Below are positions 13,423-26,395 of a DNA stretch of 64,000 nt, one piece after another (positions within the stretch are counted from its first letter, which is position 1; every line of letters starts with the position of its first letter). A program made the position numbers and the translations under genes. The stretch spans positions 434,001 through 498,000 of the forward strand of contig JAIVFI010000002.1 in NCBI GenBank assembly GCA_025558095.1. Direction: 5' to 3'. The notes below the pieces were generated by a model. The model worked only from the letters and a program-made list of their open reading frames with translations, had not been told where the DNA came from and ran no database searches. This DNA comes from Hyaloraphidium curvatum SAG 235-1. Its lineage: Eukaryota; Fungi; Monoblepharomycota.

Positions 13423-16122
13423 TCACAAAATGGCGTGTGCCTGATACAGCAATGACCTAACCCTGTAGTAATCCTTGCTAAGCAGTCCTTCCAGAACCAG
13501 CTTCCCCGTGCTCGACTGGCAATCACCGATTCATATTGACATACGCGCCACGGAATCAGCACAAACCCACCTTGCGCACAGATACCGTGCCGCTATTGCA
13601 GACGAGGATGCCCCCCTCTTGAAAGTCCGCCGTGATTCCCGCGCTTTGTAAAATGCGGCGGAACTCCGAGAGTTTCAGATCGCCGACGATGACGGCGGCC
13701 TGTTGGGAGGTGTTGGAGTTTTCCTGCGCTGGCAGGTCCAGGACGGGATCGCCGCCATCTGACGGCAGATGGATCACCCCATCCACGAACGCTAGCTGGT
13801 ATTCTTCGACCTTCGACATCTTGAGCGAGCTGACCAGAGTGTCGGTCAAGCGCAGCTGAGGTGAGTGCATCAGCGAGCACAGTTGGTTGCGACTGTCCGC
13901 CCGAACGGGCAAGGAGCTAACCTGATAGATGTTCTTCGCCATCGACACGTTCACAGTCTCATTGACGGCCGGAGCGAGGACGTCCCGCGTAAAGTTGACG
14001 GCGGAGAGGCAAAACTGCTTCATCGCATCCGTTGCCTCATCCGTCCCGCGCACAAGGATCTTTGCTAGAAGTTAGAACCCGTGCGCAACACTTCCATGCT
14101 TCGAACGCACCAGCTTCTTGGGCTGGACTTGGGGCAGAATGTTCTTGATAGATCTCCCGTCTGTCTCCCCTTCAAAGTCGACGTACTGAACCTTGCAGCG
14201 GACGTGGATTTCGAGCTCTTCGACCAAATACTTGCTGGGAATCTCCGGAACAACTGGCGCAGCTGGCTTTTCAACTTCCATGGCATCCTGGCAACAAGAA
14301 ATGAGCGTCCCGGATTCGGATCCGTCGGGCCGCAAGGACCAACAGCAGCAGCGATGGCGACAGGAGCAGCTCTCTGTTGCCCTTCTGTACTCGCGTCCCG
14401 GGAAAGGAAATCCTCAGGATTAATGACTTCGCCGTAGTCATCGAACCTCCGCTTCAGCTCCAGTGCGGGAAACATTCTGGAGGCTTGCTGGCCTTTGAAA
14501 AGTGCCGACTGGTTTCCCGTGTCCCGCACATACACGTCGAACTTGTAGAGCAGTGGATTCCGAACGTCCTCCGTTTCGGCGACAAAGTCCTCCTCGGATT
14601 CGTCATCGTCCACGACGTCCATCAGCGAGTCGTCCCTGATTTTCGCTGCCAGGGCTTCCGCGGCCTCCTTCTCCCTCTGCATCTGAATGTCCCGGAGATG
14701 TGCAAGCAGCTCCTCGCCTTCGAGCGGAATTTTGCGCTTCACGCGCAGAGGCAGCTTGAAGTCCATCTGCAGCAAGCCGTTGACGGAGACGTCCTCCGCG
14801 CTGTCCACCTTCGTCATCCATTCGTCGTAGAGCTGTCTGCACAAGCTTCCCGGCGGGCCTTTGCTCGTTAGCAACACAATCTTGTCCGGATCTTGGCACC
14901 ACTTCAGAAATAGGTCCTGGGAGAATCCGAAGTCGAGGGACGGCAGTGAGGCCGTGACAACTTTCGATTGCTGGATTTTCTGCAGCTCCACATGGTTCGA
15001 TAGAAGCTGAACGTTCCTGGGAGCAAAGCGCGTGTTGGTCGCACGAATGTCCGCGTCTTTGCCGTGAATCGTACCTGAAGTCCAGCGGGTTTTCGCGGCT
15101 TGTGCTGAACGTCCGGTTCACATCGTCCCCCATCCATTCTATCATGCTCTTGGCATACTGTATTGCGCGGTACGAGTTGTGGCTCAGAAAACAAATCGGG
15201 TAGACATAGCGCCGCTCGTTCCAAGTCCTGTCCAGGAAATAGCAGAGCTCCAAGACTCTCGAGGAAGCATCGCAGGGTATCAAGACGGACTGGTCGCGCT
15301 TCAGCGCCGCCACGATCGTTTCTGCAAAGGCCATGCGTAAGATGCTTCACTGCCAACCTTGTTCACGGGATCCCACCGAGGATGTTGTTTTCTCGCTCTC
15401 TCCTGGTCACCTGCATGTTGTAGAAGTTGTCCGAGTCCGTTATCATGAGCGACGGCTTCAACAGCGCCTCAAGGATCCCGTTCGGGGTGTTGAGGTCGGA
15501 AGCGTTCAGAAGGCGCTCCTTGCTGTGGTTGTAGTTCACAGCGTAAACGATCTCGTCCGTGTCCTTTTTGATCTTCCAAACCGTTCCCCCGATGGTGTGG
15601 CCGGCGCTGTACGCCGTCACAGTGATCCCCTGGCAGTTCTTCCCCTGGAGGCTGTAGGGCTGCGAGTACCGGAGCTGTACGACCGGGTCGAACGCCTTCT
15701 TGACGTCCTCGACGGTAAACAGCTCAAACGCCTCCACCGCGGTCCGCGACAGCACCGCATCCTGGACCGCCAGCATTCCCATGCTGTGCACCGGAACAGT
15801 CGCATAGACGGGGCAGTCCAGCCCGAGCTTCGCGGCTGCATAAGGCAGGGCCCCGAGGTGCGCGAGGTCCGCATGGCTCAGCAGGACGGCATCGACTTGC
15901 TTCGCAATCCTAAAGGAATGGCGCGGCGTCATTTTGATGCCCTCGGAACAGCTAGCCCTGAGAAGAGCTCTACCTCTTGAGGTGCTTGAGATCGTCGGGG
16001 TCGAACGTGTCGGACCATCCGCAATCGAGCAGCACTTTGGCCTCGTCGATTTCAAGCAAGTAGCACGGAGGTTGCTCGTTTCGTGCGCCCGATAGGGCAG
16101 TAAATTTGACGAAGCTAGTCAT
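13423..16122 (-). CDS. CFT2: Cleavage and polyadenylation specificity factor 100 kDa subunit (CPSF2), multi-exon
   Basis: MTSFVKFTALSGARNEQPPCYLLEIDEAKVLLDCGW, DAVLLSHADLAHLGALPY, AGHTIGGTVWKI; C-terminal LVLEGLLSKDYYRVRSLLY. Confidence 0.95.
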
Positions 16123-16408
16123 GTCACGGGAGGCATTCTGAGTGTGGTGCTGTCCGGCGGCGAACGCGAGACACGGCGAGCTAGTCAACTAGCTACCCGC
16201 CCCCCCCCCCCCCTCCTCCGGCGGCCGCGCGCGCTAGACGCACTTAAACGGACGCGTCCTCGATGAAAACGACGCGTGCTCGCGTCGTCGTGCGGACGGC
16301 TCGCGTTACATTTCTTTCTGGCTATTGACAGCGACCAGGGGCGTTCAATACCACGGATTCGAGAGCTGAGGTGCCATGATCCTGCAGACTATGGCCAGCC
16401 GTGTATTC

Positions 16409-19400
16409 TCAGTTTGCGATAGGATCCGGCGAACCCGCCGGGTTAGCTACCGGCGGTTTCGGTCCCGCGATCATCTTGCGCACTGCGGGCGACCTCTTGG
16501 CGTAACTGTGATCATAACGGCCCTGTGTCCGCACCTCCAGGGCCGGAGCGTTCGCACGGCCCGGAAGGGTCGGATACCGAACCATCCGTCCTCGCGGCGA
16601 TTTGGTCCATTTCGCCTTGTTCAGCATGATCAGCGGATCCCCGGCGTTGCTGACTGCTTGGAGCTCTTCCAAACGTTGCAGGGCCTCAATGAGTTGTTGG
16701 GCTGGTTCGTCGATCTCGATGCTGAGGGCGCCACCGCTCCCCGAAAACGATGTGGGTGGCCCCAAGTTCCGCGCAGCGAGGTGCTCATCTGTGAGATGCC
16801 CGGCCCACTCATCCGTCTCCAGCAGCTTTACAATGGCCTCCTTCTCCGGACGAGCAAGCTCCGCCGCCTGCGATCGAGTCATTTGCCATCCCGACGAAGC
16901 ACGAGCCACCTCCCGAGAAGCACGAATCGGCGGTAGGCCGACGGAACTCAGAACAGCATCGAGAGCCGACGTCTCCACATTCCAGGGATCGGTGAGGGAA
17001 GCCGAATCGTTGCGACGAGGTCCTGGTCGGTCCACTTCCATTGCCACAGGAGAGTGCCTCTCCGCACGCGCCGCTGGTTCCATGCCGATCTGTTCGCTTA
17101 AGCCACCAGTAGCGTTCGAATGTGTAGAATCGGGTTGGGACCGCTGTTGTATCGCGCTTTGCTGGCCAACCGCGGCGGCGCCTTCCAGTTCGAGTGCCGC
17201 GTCAAGGGCACGAGAGGAAGGTATAGTGCCCACGGTTTTCGGCGCAGACACGGATGTCGCCCAAGCGCCGGTCGGGGCGACGTCGCGCTTGTTTCGTGAC
17301 GAGGGATGTGGATTGGTTTCCGGTAAGGCAGCCCGAGCGCCAGCTCTTCTCTGAGCCGGCAACGGCAATCCATCCAGAGGGACCTCCGCAAAGCGTCCCT
17401 CAGGACTTCGGAGCTTCTCCGAAGGGCTGGTAGTGCCCAGCTTCGGAGCGGAAACGAGTGCTGCACCTGACCGGTCCCGTGGTGGCTTTAAAGGCGGCGG
17501 AGGGTCCGCCAGTCGTGCTTTGCTGAGCATGGCCTGCTCGGTGATCGCCTCCGCCATGATAACCCCTCCTTCGAGAACAGTGCGCCGCTTTTTCGCCTGC
17601 GAAGCGTCCGGCACGTCGTTGCCGGTCCGTGTTTCTGTGGGGCCAGCTCGCCCGACGTCTCTGCGGGCAAGAACAGCCGCTTCCGAAGGGCGGACCGGCT
17701 GTTGATCGTCGGCGGGACGGAGCCTCTTCGTGCCGACCTCTCGCGAGCGGTTATCAAGCCTGCGCTCGCGCAAATCTTTCACCTCGGCGGCAGCGTGGCC
17801 AGGCAAAGCCTGCCCAGTTGAGGCCTTGTCGGGTCGTGCAGCTGGCGAAATGTCGAGCTGTGGCACCGCACCAAGAGCAGACAGCTCGGCTCCAGATGCT
17901 CTCCTCTCACCCCCGAAGCGATGGGGGCTCACAGGGGTGATCTCCGTAGTGGAAGGGATAGCGATAGGTCCCGGCAAAAAGGATGCGTCTTGGTTCGGCG
18001 CTCCATCAGATCGGCGCAGTCCTCCAGCGCTGACGGCAGGGCGATCATCGTGCAATCCCGCCCTGGAAGAGCGCATTGGGCTGGGACTGCGGTTGCGTGC
18101 CGATTCAAATGTCGCATCGCGTCCCCAGCCTGGATCCGGATGCGGCCAATAATGGTTCGGATAGCCAAAGCCGGGGCCAGCGAAACGATCTTCTGGCGGA
18201 GCTTCTGACGGCCCTGGCGGGTGCCACCGAGCATGGCCATGGTCGAGACCGTACCGGTCCGAGTGCGCCGAGTAAGCGTCCAAGGGTTCCTGCCCATACG
18301 GACCACGCAAGCTGCCGGACGACGGCCGCGCCCAGTATTCGGCGAACTCTCGAGGATCGTTGCCATGACCCTGCTCATCCACGAATCATCGTCACACACG
18401 CGCGAAATGCAATGCCGCCGCTCACTTGAAAACGTTCGTCCATGCGACCATCTTCTGGGAACGTGCCGTGCGACGAGTCCGAAACCGGTGGCGCGAAGTA
18501 GCCAGGAGGGGGATAAGTGCGCTGGCCGGGCACATAATCGCCCGGGTACTCGAAGGGTCTGTCGCGAGGTCTGCCATATTCTGCCGGAGAGTAAGGCTCG
18601 TAAGCATTCTGGTGCTGGCGCTGGTAGAAATCGGAGTCCCCAAAACGACGATCCGTGGGGCTATGTGCTTCCCGACGAAAATCAGCGTAAAGCCGTGTCG
18701 CAGCTGGCTCCGGACCTGGTCCGGGCTGACTCCACGGCGCGTACGCATCCGGTCGACGTTCCAGTGGGGAGCGAATGGCGGCAGTACGACCAAAGCTGGC
18801 CCCCTGGGCAGCCCGATCGCCTACTTTTCGGGGACTCTCGCCGACATGCCTGCCAGCATCGCCTTCAGGTCCGCCGGCCTGGGCGAACGAGGACTTGGGC
18901 AGAGCATGGGGTTCCGTGAAGGCGGGCGCTGACGGCCCGCCGCCGGCCTCGGGCGTAGAGTTGGCCTCCTGTTTGCCGTTCCTCTTCTTGCTTTCGAACT
19001 CGTGCCAGCTTCGGCCCTGCGTGTTGATGGGTATGTGGGGCCGTTCACACGGCAGTGGATCCGACGAGAACCACGGATGCTTGATCGCCTCTCGCGCCGA
19101 AGGCCGGGCGGACGGGTCAATTTCCAGCAGCTTGTCCACCAGGTCCGCCGCGAGCTCCGGCAGCTTCCACGCTCGACAGCTCGCGAGGAGGGTCCGGGGC
19201 CGGACGACCTTGGGCTTCAGGTACGAGTACCACTCCATGTGCACAATCCCGGGCCAATTGCTCTCGTTGGGGGTGCCGCAGATCTGCCAGATGGAGTTGA
19301 GCTGCGAGATTTCGTCCGAGCCTGTGAACACGGCCTTGTAGGTGAAGAACTCGAGCATGACACAGCTGCCGGGAGGGGATCCTGTCAGCCCCTCGCGGCG

Positions 19401-20400
19401 GTACGGCCCCGCGCGAGTCGGACGGACCCAACGCTCCAGATGTCGATTTCCGGCCCGTACTTTGTGCTCCCGAGGCACAGCTCCGGGGCCCTGTACCAGA
19501 GAGTGACCACGCGGTTCGTCATGCAGTCGGCTTTGGTTTCGGATCGCCGGCCAGTCGCATGGCGCGCGAGCCCAAAGTCGGCGAGCTTCAGCTGCAGCTT
19601 TTCGTTCAGCAGGACGTTGGCCGCCTTGATGTCGCGGTGGAGGATCCCCTTGCTGTGGAGGAAGTCCAGGCCGCGGAGCATCTGGCGCACGAGGCACTTG
19701 ATCTGCACCTCCTCGAAGGCGTGCTGCTTCGAGTGCAGCAGGCCGGCGAGATCGTGATCCATGTACTCGAACACCAGCGCGTACTCCACCTTCCGGCCTG
19801 GGGAGCGCGGGTTGGCATGGTCCGGGACGGCAGCCGGCCGAGCACTGGCACCTTCCGCGGTGTTGATCCGGTAGGACACGGCCTCCTGCACCTGCAGGAT
19901 GTTCTCGTGCGCCAGCGACGTGAGGAACTTGATCTCGCGGATCGCGGTGAACGGGAACTGCGGGCCGCGGGCGGTCAGCAACAGTCCGGCCGCCAGCAGA
20001 CGCCGCGGTCGGCGGTGCGGGGCCCCACCCCGTCCCTCTCGTTCTCCATGCGCAGCCGCTTGACGGCCACGAAGCCGCCTGTGCGCTGGTTGCGGGCCTT
20101 GAACACCTTTGCGTACGTGCCCTCGCCGACCTGGCCGATCGTCTCGTACACGTCCGCGTCCAGCCGCAGCCGCTTGACGCGCGGCTCGTCCACGGCGTCG
20201 GGCTCCGCGGCGCGCTCCCGGGGGTCCGGCGCGGCGTGCGGGTCGCGCCAGGCGGGCGGCGGCGGCAGCGCGGGCGGCAGCGGCGGCGGCGGCGGCGGGC
20301 GCTCCCAGAAGTCCGGCGGCGTCGGGGCGTCCCGCCAGCGGTCGTCGCCCCACCGCGGCGCGCGCGGCCCGCGCTCGCGCCCGTCGTAGTCGTACGCCAT
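16409..20400 (-). CDS. CTK1: CTD kinase CTK1/CDK12-like with a very long low-complexity C-terminal tail, multi-exon
   Basis: GQVGEGTYAKV, FPFTAIREIKFL, ILHRDIKAANVL, DFGLAR, MTNRVVTLWYRAPEL. A phase-0 GTGAGC..CAG intron near 18371-18425 links the kinase ORF to ORF 16409-18382. Confidence 0.85.
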
Positions 20401-21070
20401 CGGGCGCCCGTACTACTGCTCAGCGGGGCTATTAACTAGAAGTCGCGATATCTCGATCCATGTACGGGGCCTCTCAGACCGTGAGTGCCAGGCAGTGCCA
20501 GGAGCCTTATGGCCGTTTGGGCAAAGCTTGCCCACCCCAATTTCCGCGAACGAAACGCTTGCCTAACTGCAACCGCACTCACCCCGTAACCGTTGGAGCG
20601 AGAACCAGCTAACCGGCGCGAAAGTTTCATATTTGCCGCTTTCTTTCTGCCGCCGTGGGGTGTGTGGGACGAAACACAGTGGTTTGCTGCTGGGTCTCGT
20701 TGACCGGGTGCCCCTCAGCGACGGCCAGGAAGACTGCTCAAGGCGCTGCTCAGCAGGCCTGGGTACGGCGAATGCAGTCTGCACATTGTTTTGGGATATG
20801 TACGCGGACCAGTGAGGCGCTGTAATCCGAGAACCGCGGGTTGAGCCCAGCACGGTGCTTTGGGCCTCCCGCCCTCGGCAGTTTTGCAAGCAGACAACGG
20901 AACAGATACATAGAGCGCATCAAATATGAAACATTTCCGGGTATTTCCTATTGGTTCCTGCTTTTGCCGTGGCCTGGGGGATGGGAGATTCGGCGCCCAG
21001 TTTTGTGTGCGGGGTGGGGCCGGGTGGGCAAGCTTTGGAGAAACGGCAATAATACTGTAGCAGGAGTGGG

Positions 21071-21745
21071 ATGACCGAGCTCAAACCGTACCAGGCGGCG
21101 TTCCTGGAGCTCTGCCTGCGCCAGGACGTGCTGCGCTTCGGCAGCTTCACGCTCAAGTCGGGCCGCGCGTCGCCGTACTTCTTCAACGCGGGCCTGTTCA
21201 ACACCGGCGGCCTGCTCGCGCAGATCGGCCAGCACTACGCCGCGTGCCTCGCAGACTGCGGCCTCGACGCCGCCGCCGACGTGCTCTTCGGCCCGGCCTA
21301 CAAGGGCATCCCGCTGGTCGCCGCGACCGCGATCGCCCTCGCCGAGAAGCACGGCCGCGACGTGCCCTTCTGCTTCAACAGGAAGGAGGCAAAGGACCAC
21401 GGCGAGGGCGGGACAATCGTCGGCACGCCGCTCGCGCCCGGCATGCGCGTCGTCGTCGTGGACGACGTCATCACGGCCGGCACCGCCATCCGCGAGTCGG
21501 TCGCCGTCATCAGGGCCCACGGCGCCGAGCTCGCCGGCGTGCTCCTCGCCCTGGACAGGCAGGAAAAGGGCCTCGGGGATCTGTCGGCGATCCAGCAGCT
21601 CCAGCAGGACTACGGCGTGCCGGTGGCCAGCATCGTCCGGCTGGACGACATTGTCCGCTTCCTCGAGGGGAAGCAGGACAGGGCCGCGGCCCTGAGCGAC
21701 ATCCGCCAGTATCGAGACAAGTTCGGGGCCACGTATTCGTTGTGA
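21071..21745 (+). CDS. URA5: Orotate phosphoribosyltransferase
   Basis: [59 protein letters not shown]. Confidence 0.97.
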   Translation: MTELKPYQAAFLELCLRQDVLRFGSFTLKSGRASPYFFNAGLFNTGGLLAQIGQHYAACLADCGLDAAADVLFGPAYKGIPLVAATAIALAEKHGRDVPFCFNRKEAKDHGEGGTIVGTPLAPGMRVVVVDDVITAGTAIRESVAVIRAHGAELAGVLLALDRQEKGLGDLSAIQQLQQDYGVPVASIVRLDDIVRFLEGKQDRAAALSDIRQYRDKFGATYSL

Positions 21746-21984
21746 CGGCGCTGCGCATCGACCCGATACACCAGCTCTCCGTTCAGCAGATCGTAGGCTA
21801 GGAGCGCTGGTGCTGCGGTGCTCGGCGCGGAGCAATAGTTGTTTGTAGCTGCTCTTTGTAGCTGCGAATGATGCCAAGTGGCATCGTGGCATCACTGGTA
21901 CCACAGGATCGAGTGAACCGAAGTGAAAGTTCAACGTCACGGACGGCACACCCGCGCCATCGTCCTTCCGGTCGCCCCGTGCCG

Positions 21985-23820
21985 ATGGCGTTCCGGTTCA
22001 ACTGGCCCGGTCTTTTCTCGCCGGACTTCATAGAGCACGCCACGGCGCGGCTCGAGGCCGCGCTCAACGGCGGCGGCAAGCCGGCCCAAATCGTCGGCAC
22101 CATCTCCGTCAAGGAGCTGCACCTGGGGACGCAGGCGCCCGAGCTGGAGATGCTCGAGATCGGGGAGCTCGCCGAGGACAAGTTCCGGGGCATGTTCAAG
22201 CTCACCTACGGGGGCGACGCCTACCTGGTGCTGCAGATGAGCGTGCAGGCGAACCCGCTGCCCGACGTGAAGCACCACCGCTCCGTGCCCTTCCGCTCCG
22301 CCATGGTGGCCGCCAACAAGCCGCTGGTTGTGCCGATGCAGCTCAGCATCTCCAACTTGAAGCTCCGAGGGGTCGCGGCGCTAGTGGTGGACAGGGCAAA
22401 GGGGGCCACGCTGACGTTCAAGAACGATCCGCTGGACCGGGTCGACGTGTCGAGCACGTTCGACAACGTCGCAAACATACGGCGCTTCCTCCAGAACGAG
22501 ATTGAGCGCCAGCTGCGCAAACTGTTTACCGAGGACCTCCCGGCTCTGATACACAGCCTGTCGCTTCACCGGTTGTCGCCGCAGTCGGCTTCGTCGACGG
22601 AAACGCACCACGGAAGGCCCGTAGACGGGCATGCGGACGTGACTTTCGGGGCGGACGGCATCCCCATCGTGACCGCGGGCTCCTACTCCGCAGGATGCGG
22701 TCGCGGAGACAGCCGCTCCGTCGGGTCGGCGGACAGCGGATACCACTCGGAAGGGCCTGTTTCGCTCGAAGCCTACCGTGACGTTTTCGGCGTGTGGCCC
22801 GGATCGCCAGAAGTGGCCGCGCGTCAACCGGTGCACGCCGGCAGATCGTCAAAATGGGTCGGGAACGAGGCCTGGGAAGCGGAGCTGCGCGGTGGCGCGT
22901 CGTCATTGTCGCCCTATGCCTTACCCGGTGTTGACGGAGACTGGGCGCACCAGGAAGTGCTCCTAACGAAGGATCTCGCCGACATGTGGCGGGCGGGGAA
23001 GATGGGCATCTACTCGAGGAGGGTCAGCGTTTACGGGCTCATATCCGTGCCGACGACGCTCTCGTCCACAGTGGGACGGATGGTGCCGGAAGGCGGCGGA
23101 CATCCAAATCCCGGTGCCCTGGGACTCCGTGTCGCGCTGGGGCCTGAGAACACGAAGCAAGACAGACTGGCGGTGTGGCGCCGCCAGTTGCATTTGGCGG
23201 ACGACGACAGGGCGCACGGTCGGAGATCTCCACCCGCTTCGCTTGCCCCGCAGGCTTTTCGCAAATCACTCGAGATGACCCATGGCGGTGTATCGCCTTT
23301 GGGAGAGCGAACGTCGGCCGTTGACTGTCTCGCGGGCACCGTCTATGGAGTTTCATCGCCAGGGACCACCATTGCACATCATTCCGACGGTCATTCTTCT
23401 CTTCCCACTGTTATGGAGGCAAGGTCAGTTCCGGCTCAGCAGCTAAACTTGCTGTTCACAGCAAACCGAACCCTTTCTTTGTACGTACGCCCTTCGCCGT
23501 CCTGCGTGGCTTTCCGGACGCACCCGCGACAAGGCAGTGGGTCGTTTTTTGTGCCCGGTTCCGCCCATGGGCCAGCCCAAGGCGTCAAGGCGCAGCGGCG
23601 GATCCATCGTTTTCGAATGCCAGCAAAACCTGTGCAGGGTATCGGACTTGTGCCAACTGGCTCGCCGCGCTCGGTTTCTTCGAGCAGCTTTGCTGACATC
23701 GAGTCTGTCAAATCTGCTGGATCAGCGCAATCGCGCGCTTCTTCAAAGCCGACAAGCGTTCGAAGCGCCCCACTATCATCCTCCGGACATTGGAGGAAGT
23801 TGGAAAAGGCTCCGGTGTAG
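21985..23820 (+). CDS. MDM34: ERMES subunit Mdm34 (SMP domain)
   Basis: MAFRFNW..F, LEAALN..GKP..IVGTISVKELHLGTQAPELEMLEIGELAEDKFRGMFKLTYGGDA, FKNDPL..VDVSSTFD. Confidence 0.93.
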   Translation: MAFRFNWPGLFSPDFIEHATARLEAALNGGGKPAQIVGTISVKELHLGTQAPELEMLEIGELAEDKFRGMFKLTYGGDAYLVLQMSVQANPLPDVKHHRSVPFRSAMVAANKPLVVPMQLSISNLKLRGVAALVVDRAKGATLTFKNDPLDRVDVSSTFDNVANIRRFLQNEIERQLRKLFTEDLPALIHSLSLHRLSPQSASSTETHHGRPVDGHADVTFGADGIPIVTAGSYSAGCGRGDSRSVGSADSGYHSEGPVSLEAYRDVFGVWPGSPEVAARQPVHAGRSSKWVGNEAWEAELRGGASSLSPYALPGVDGDWAHQEVLLTKDLADMWRAGKMGIYSRRVSVYGLISVPTTLSSTVGRMVPEGGGHPNPGALGLRVALGPENTKQDRLAVWRRQLHLADDDRAHGRRSPPASLAPQAFRKSLEMTHGGVSPLGERTSAVDCLAGTVYGVSSPGTTIAHHSDGHSSLPTVMEARSVPAQQLNLLFTANRTLSLYVRPSPSCVAFRTHPRQGSGSFFVPGSAHGPAQGVKAQRRIHRFRMPAKPVQGIGLVPTGSPRSVSSSSFADIESVKSAGSAQSRASSKPTSVRSAPLSSSGHWRKLEKAPV

Positions 23821-23903
23821 TCCTGGCACGATGATACTTTACAAGCTTCCAATTGTTGAGTGCGGCAATACCCAGTGCTGCGGGTCCCGCCAAGTCGTCC
23901 ACG

Positions 23904-25237
23904 ATGATCACGCCGTTCTCGCCCGCGGAGCTCCAGTCGCTCCGTGCACAGAACTATGCGAAGCACGCGGCCCTCGTTTCGGCCAACCTGGTCGAAGAGC
24001 AGGTGCCTCGACGCCCATCGAACGCGCGGGACGCGTCTGACAAGGGCCGATGCCAGAAACTCGGGGGAATGGACGACACGCTTCCCATCGAGCTCATCAC
24101 GTTGGAAGAGCAGATGCAAATGCTCGCGCATTATTCGGTGCTACTGAGGAAGTTCTGCTCGGGCAAGGAGATTCGCTTTCCGGACGGCGTCAAGGTCCGT
24201 CTCTTGCTCGCGCAGTCACGAGGCAGCGAATCTCATGCGACCCAGGCCGCAGCGATGATCTACTTCTGGCGATTCTATCTCTACGAGTCTGTGATGAACT
24301 ACCATCCCCGAGACGTACTGTGCGTCGTTTCCAGGGTCCTTTGTGTTCACAGCTAGATGATCGCTTCGCCAGACTGACCAGTGCGCTCCTGGCTTCCAAG
24401 ACGGAGAGCTTCGCGATGGAGCTCAAGGACATACTGCAGATCGCGAATCCGCCGGACAGGAGTGTCATTACCAACCTGGAGTTTGTCCTGTGCCAAGTTC
24501 TGCAGTTCGAGCTTCAGGTCCGGCATCCATATCTGCCGATGCATGGCATCTTCCTGGACTTTCAGCAGTTTCTGCTTTCTGCGGATGGACCGCGGTCTAC
24601 CTACGCGACCGGAGAATCGGACCCCGCACGGCTGGGAGACAGATCTGGTCCCGTCGGGCCCCGCAGGGCTCACGACGCCGTTCTGCAAGAAGCCTACGCC
24701 ACCGCGAGAAATGTTGCGGAGCAGTGCCTCTCGACCGACATCCTCCTGTTGTACCTTCCGAGCCAAATTGCTTGGGCGTGCTGGATGGTGGCGTGCAAAC
24801 GCCATGCGCTCGGCGAGGACTGGGAGGCGTGCGTTCGCCCTATTGCCTCATTGCGCTCGTTGCTAAAATCTTTCTTGATTTAGCTTTTTGGAGAGCCGTT
24901 TTCGGGATCAGGCGGACCCGGGCCAGGTCGAGCTTCTTCGTTCGAAAATGCATGAGATCGACGGCCGGATTGCCTCTCTGACCCTGGAGCTCTCGCCGGA
25001 ACGCAACGCCGTACTGCGCGACAAGCTGTCGCGCTGCTCCAATCCCGCACACCGCCCAGACAGCAAGCTGTAGGTGTCTTGGCGTTGCAGGGCAGTTGGT
25101 TGCTTCTCACCCGTCTCGATCGCTCAAGCTCGCAGCGCCGGCGCCAGGAAAATGCGAAGCGCTCAGAGGCGAAGCAGGCGGCGAAGCGGGCCGTGCAGGT
25201 TCGGAAGCACGAGGAGCTTGCCAGGGTGTTTTCGTGA
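23904..25237 (+). CDS. CCL1: Cyclin H / Ccl1-like, multi-exon; start approximate
   Basis: YFWRFYLYESVMNYHPRD, LLASKTE, LEFVLCQVLQFELQVRHPY, TDILLLYLPSQIA, KLSRCSNP. Confidence 0.8.
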
Positions 25238-25354
25238 ATAAGTGAACGGACCCCGTTGGCGCTCTAGGGTTGGCACCCTTGATTTTTAGTTGGCGTCCGG
25301 TCCGGTCCGATTTGAAAGTCCCTTGACCAGAAGCAGTCTCATCAATCATCAATC

Positions 25355-26395
25355 ATGTCGGTTCGTACCGGCCGCCGCGCTTGCTCTCGCTGGCCAGTCA
25401 CTCATCTTGCGCTTTTTTGTGCTTGTTTGGCTGCCCGCATCGCCGGCTTCCGTGATGCGTGGCTCCTCCTCGGCCGCTCAACCGGCCACACTCTGGCTGC
25501 ACTCGGCGCCTGCGCTCGACGCGACTTGCGGTTCCATTTGACGGCATTTCTGGTTTCGCTTTGGCTCGGGTCTTCAGAAAATCAGCGTCTCCGCGGTCCG
25601 GGAGTCGGTGAGGGAGGTTCAGAAGTTCTCCAAGGAGGAGAAGGTCCGCAAGTTCCAGGAGACCGTCGAGCTGCAAATTGGGCTCAAGGCGAGTCTGGGC
25701 GGCACCGACGTCCCGCCTAGCTGGAGCTTGGATCCCGCAGAACTACGACCCTCAGAGGGACAAGCGTTTCTCCGGCACCGTCAGGCTTCCCACGGTCCCT
25801 CGCCCCAAGCTGACGGTCTGCATCCTCGGCGATGCCAAGCACTGCGATGAGGCCAAGGAGCTCGGACTGGACCACATGACGGTGGACGACCTGAAGAAGC
25901 TCAACAAGAACAAGAAGCTCATCAAGAAGCTCGGTGCGTGTCGGACGACTTGGCGTTGTTTTCACCCGTCTAACAGCGCTCCACGTCCTCTTAGCCAAGA
26001 AGTATGATGCTTTCCTGGCTTCGGAAGCCCTCATCAAGCAGATTCCCCGCCTTCTCGGCCCCGGTCTTTCCAAGGCCGGCAAGTTCCCCACCCCAATCAC
26101 GCACGCGGATGACATCAACGCCAAGGTCGACGAATTGCGCGCCACGATCAAGTTCCAGCTCAAGAAGGTCCTCTGCCTTGGTGTCGCGGTCGGCCACGTG
26201 GGCATGACTGAGGACCAGCTGCTCTCCAACATCATGATGTCCATCAACTTCCTTGTGTCCCTTCTGAAGAAGAACTGGCAGAACGTGAAGTCGCTGTTCA
26301 TCAAGTCAACCATGGGCAAACCCGTCCGGTAAGCTCGGCGCAACCGGCTGGAGGAAGGATTGGCAGCTCACCGCCTCGGATGCAGCATTTACTAA
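25355..26395 (+). CDS. RPL1: 60S ribosomal protein uL1 (L1/L10a), multi-exon
   Basis: [63 protein letters not shown]. Confidence 0.97.

Noticed and set aside
16250-16310. Two ACGCGT (MCB-like) sites upstream of CPSF100
   Set aside because: Such hexamers are common by chance in CpG-rich DNA.
20640-20900. SRP RNA suggested by GCGCTGTAAT near 20817
   Set aside because: I could not find a convincing helix-8 motif downstream.
21071-21745. URA5 as a recent bacterial transfer (intronless, PyrE-like)
   Set aside because: Fungal URA5 proteins generally resemble proteobacterial PyrE, and the composition here matches GC-rich host genes; no claim without a phylogeny.
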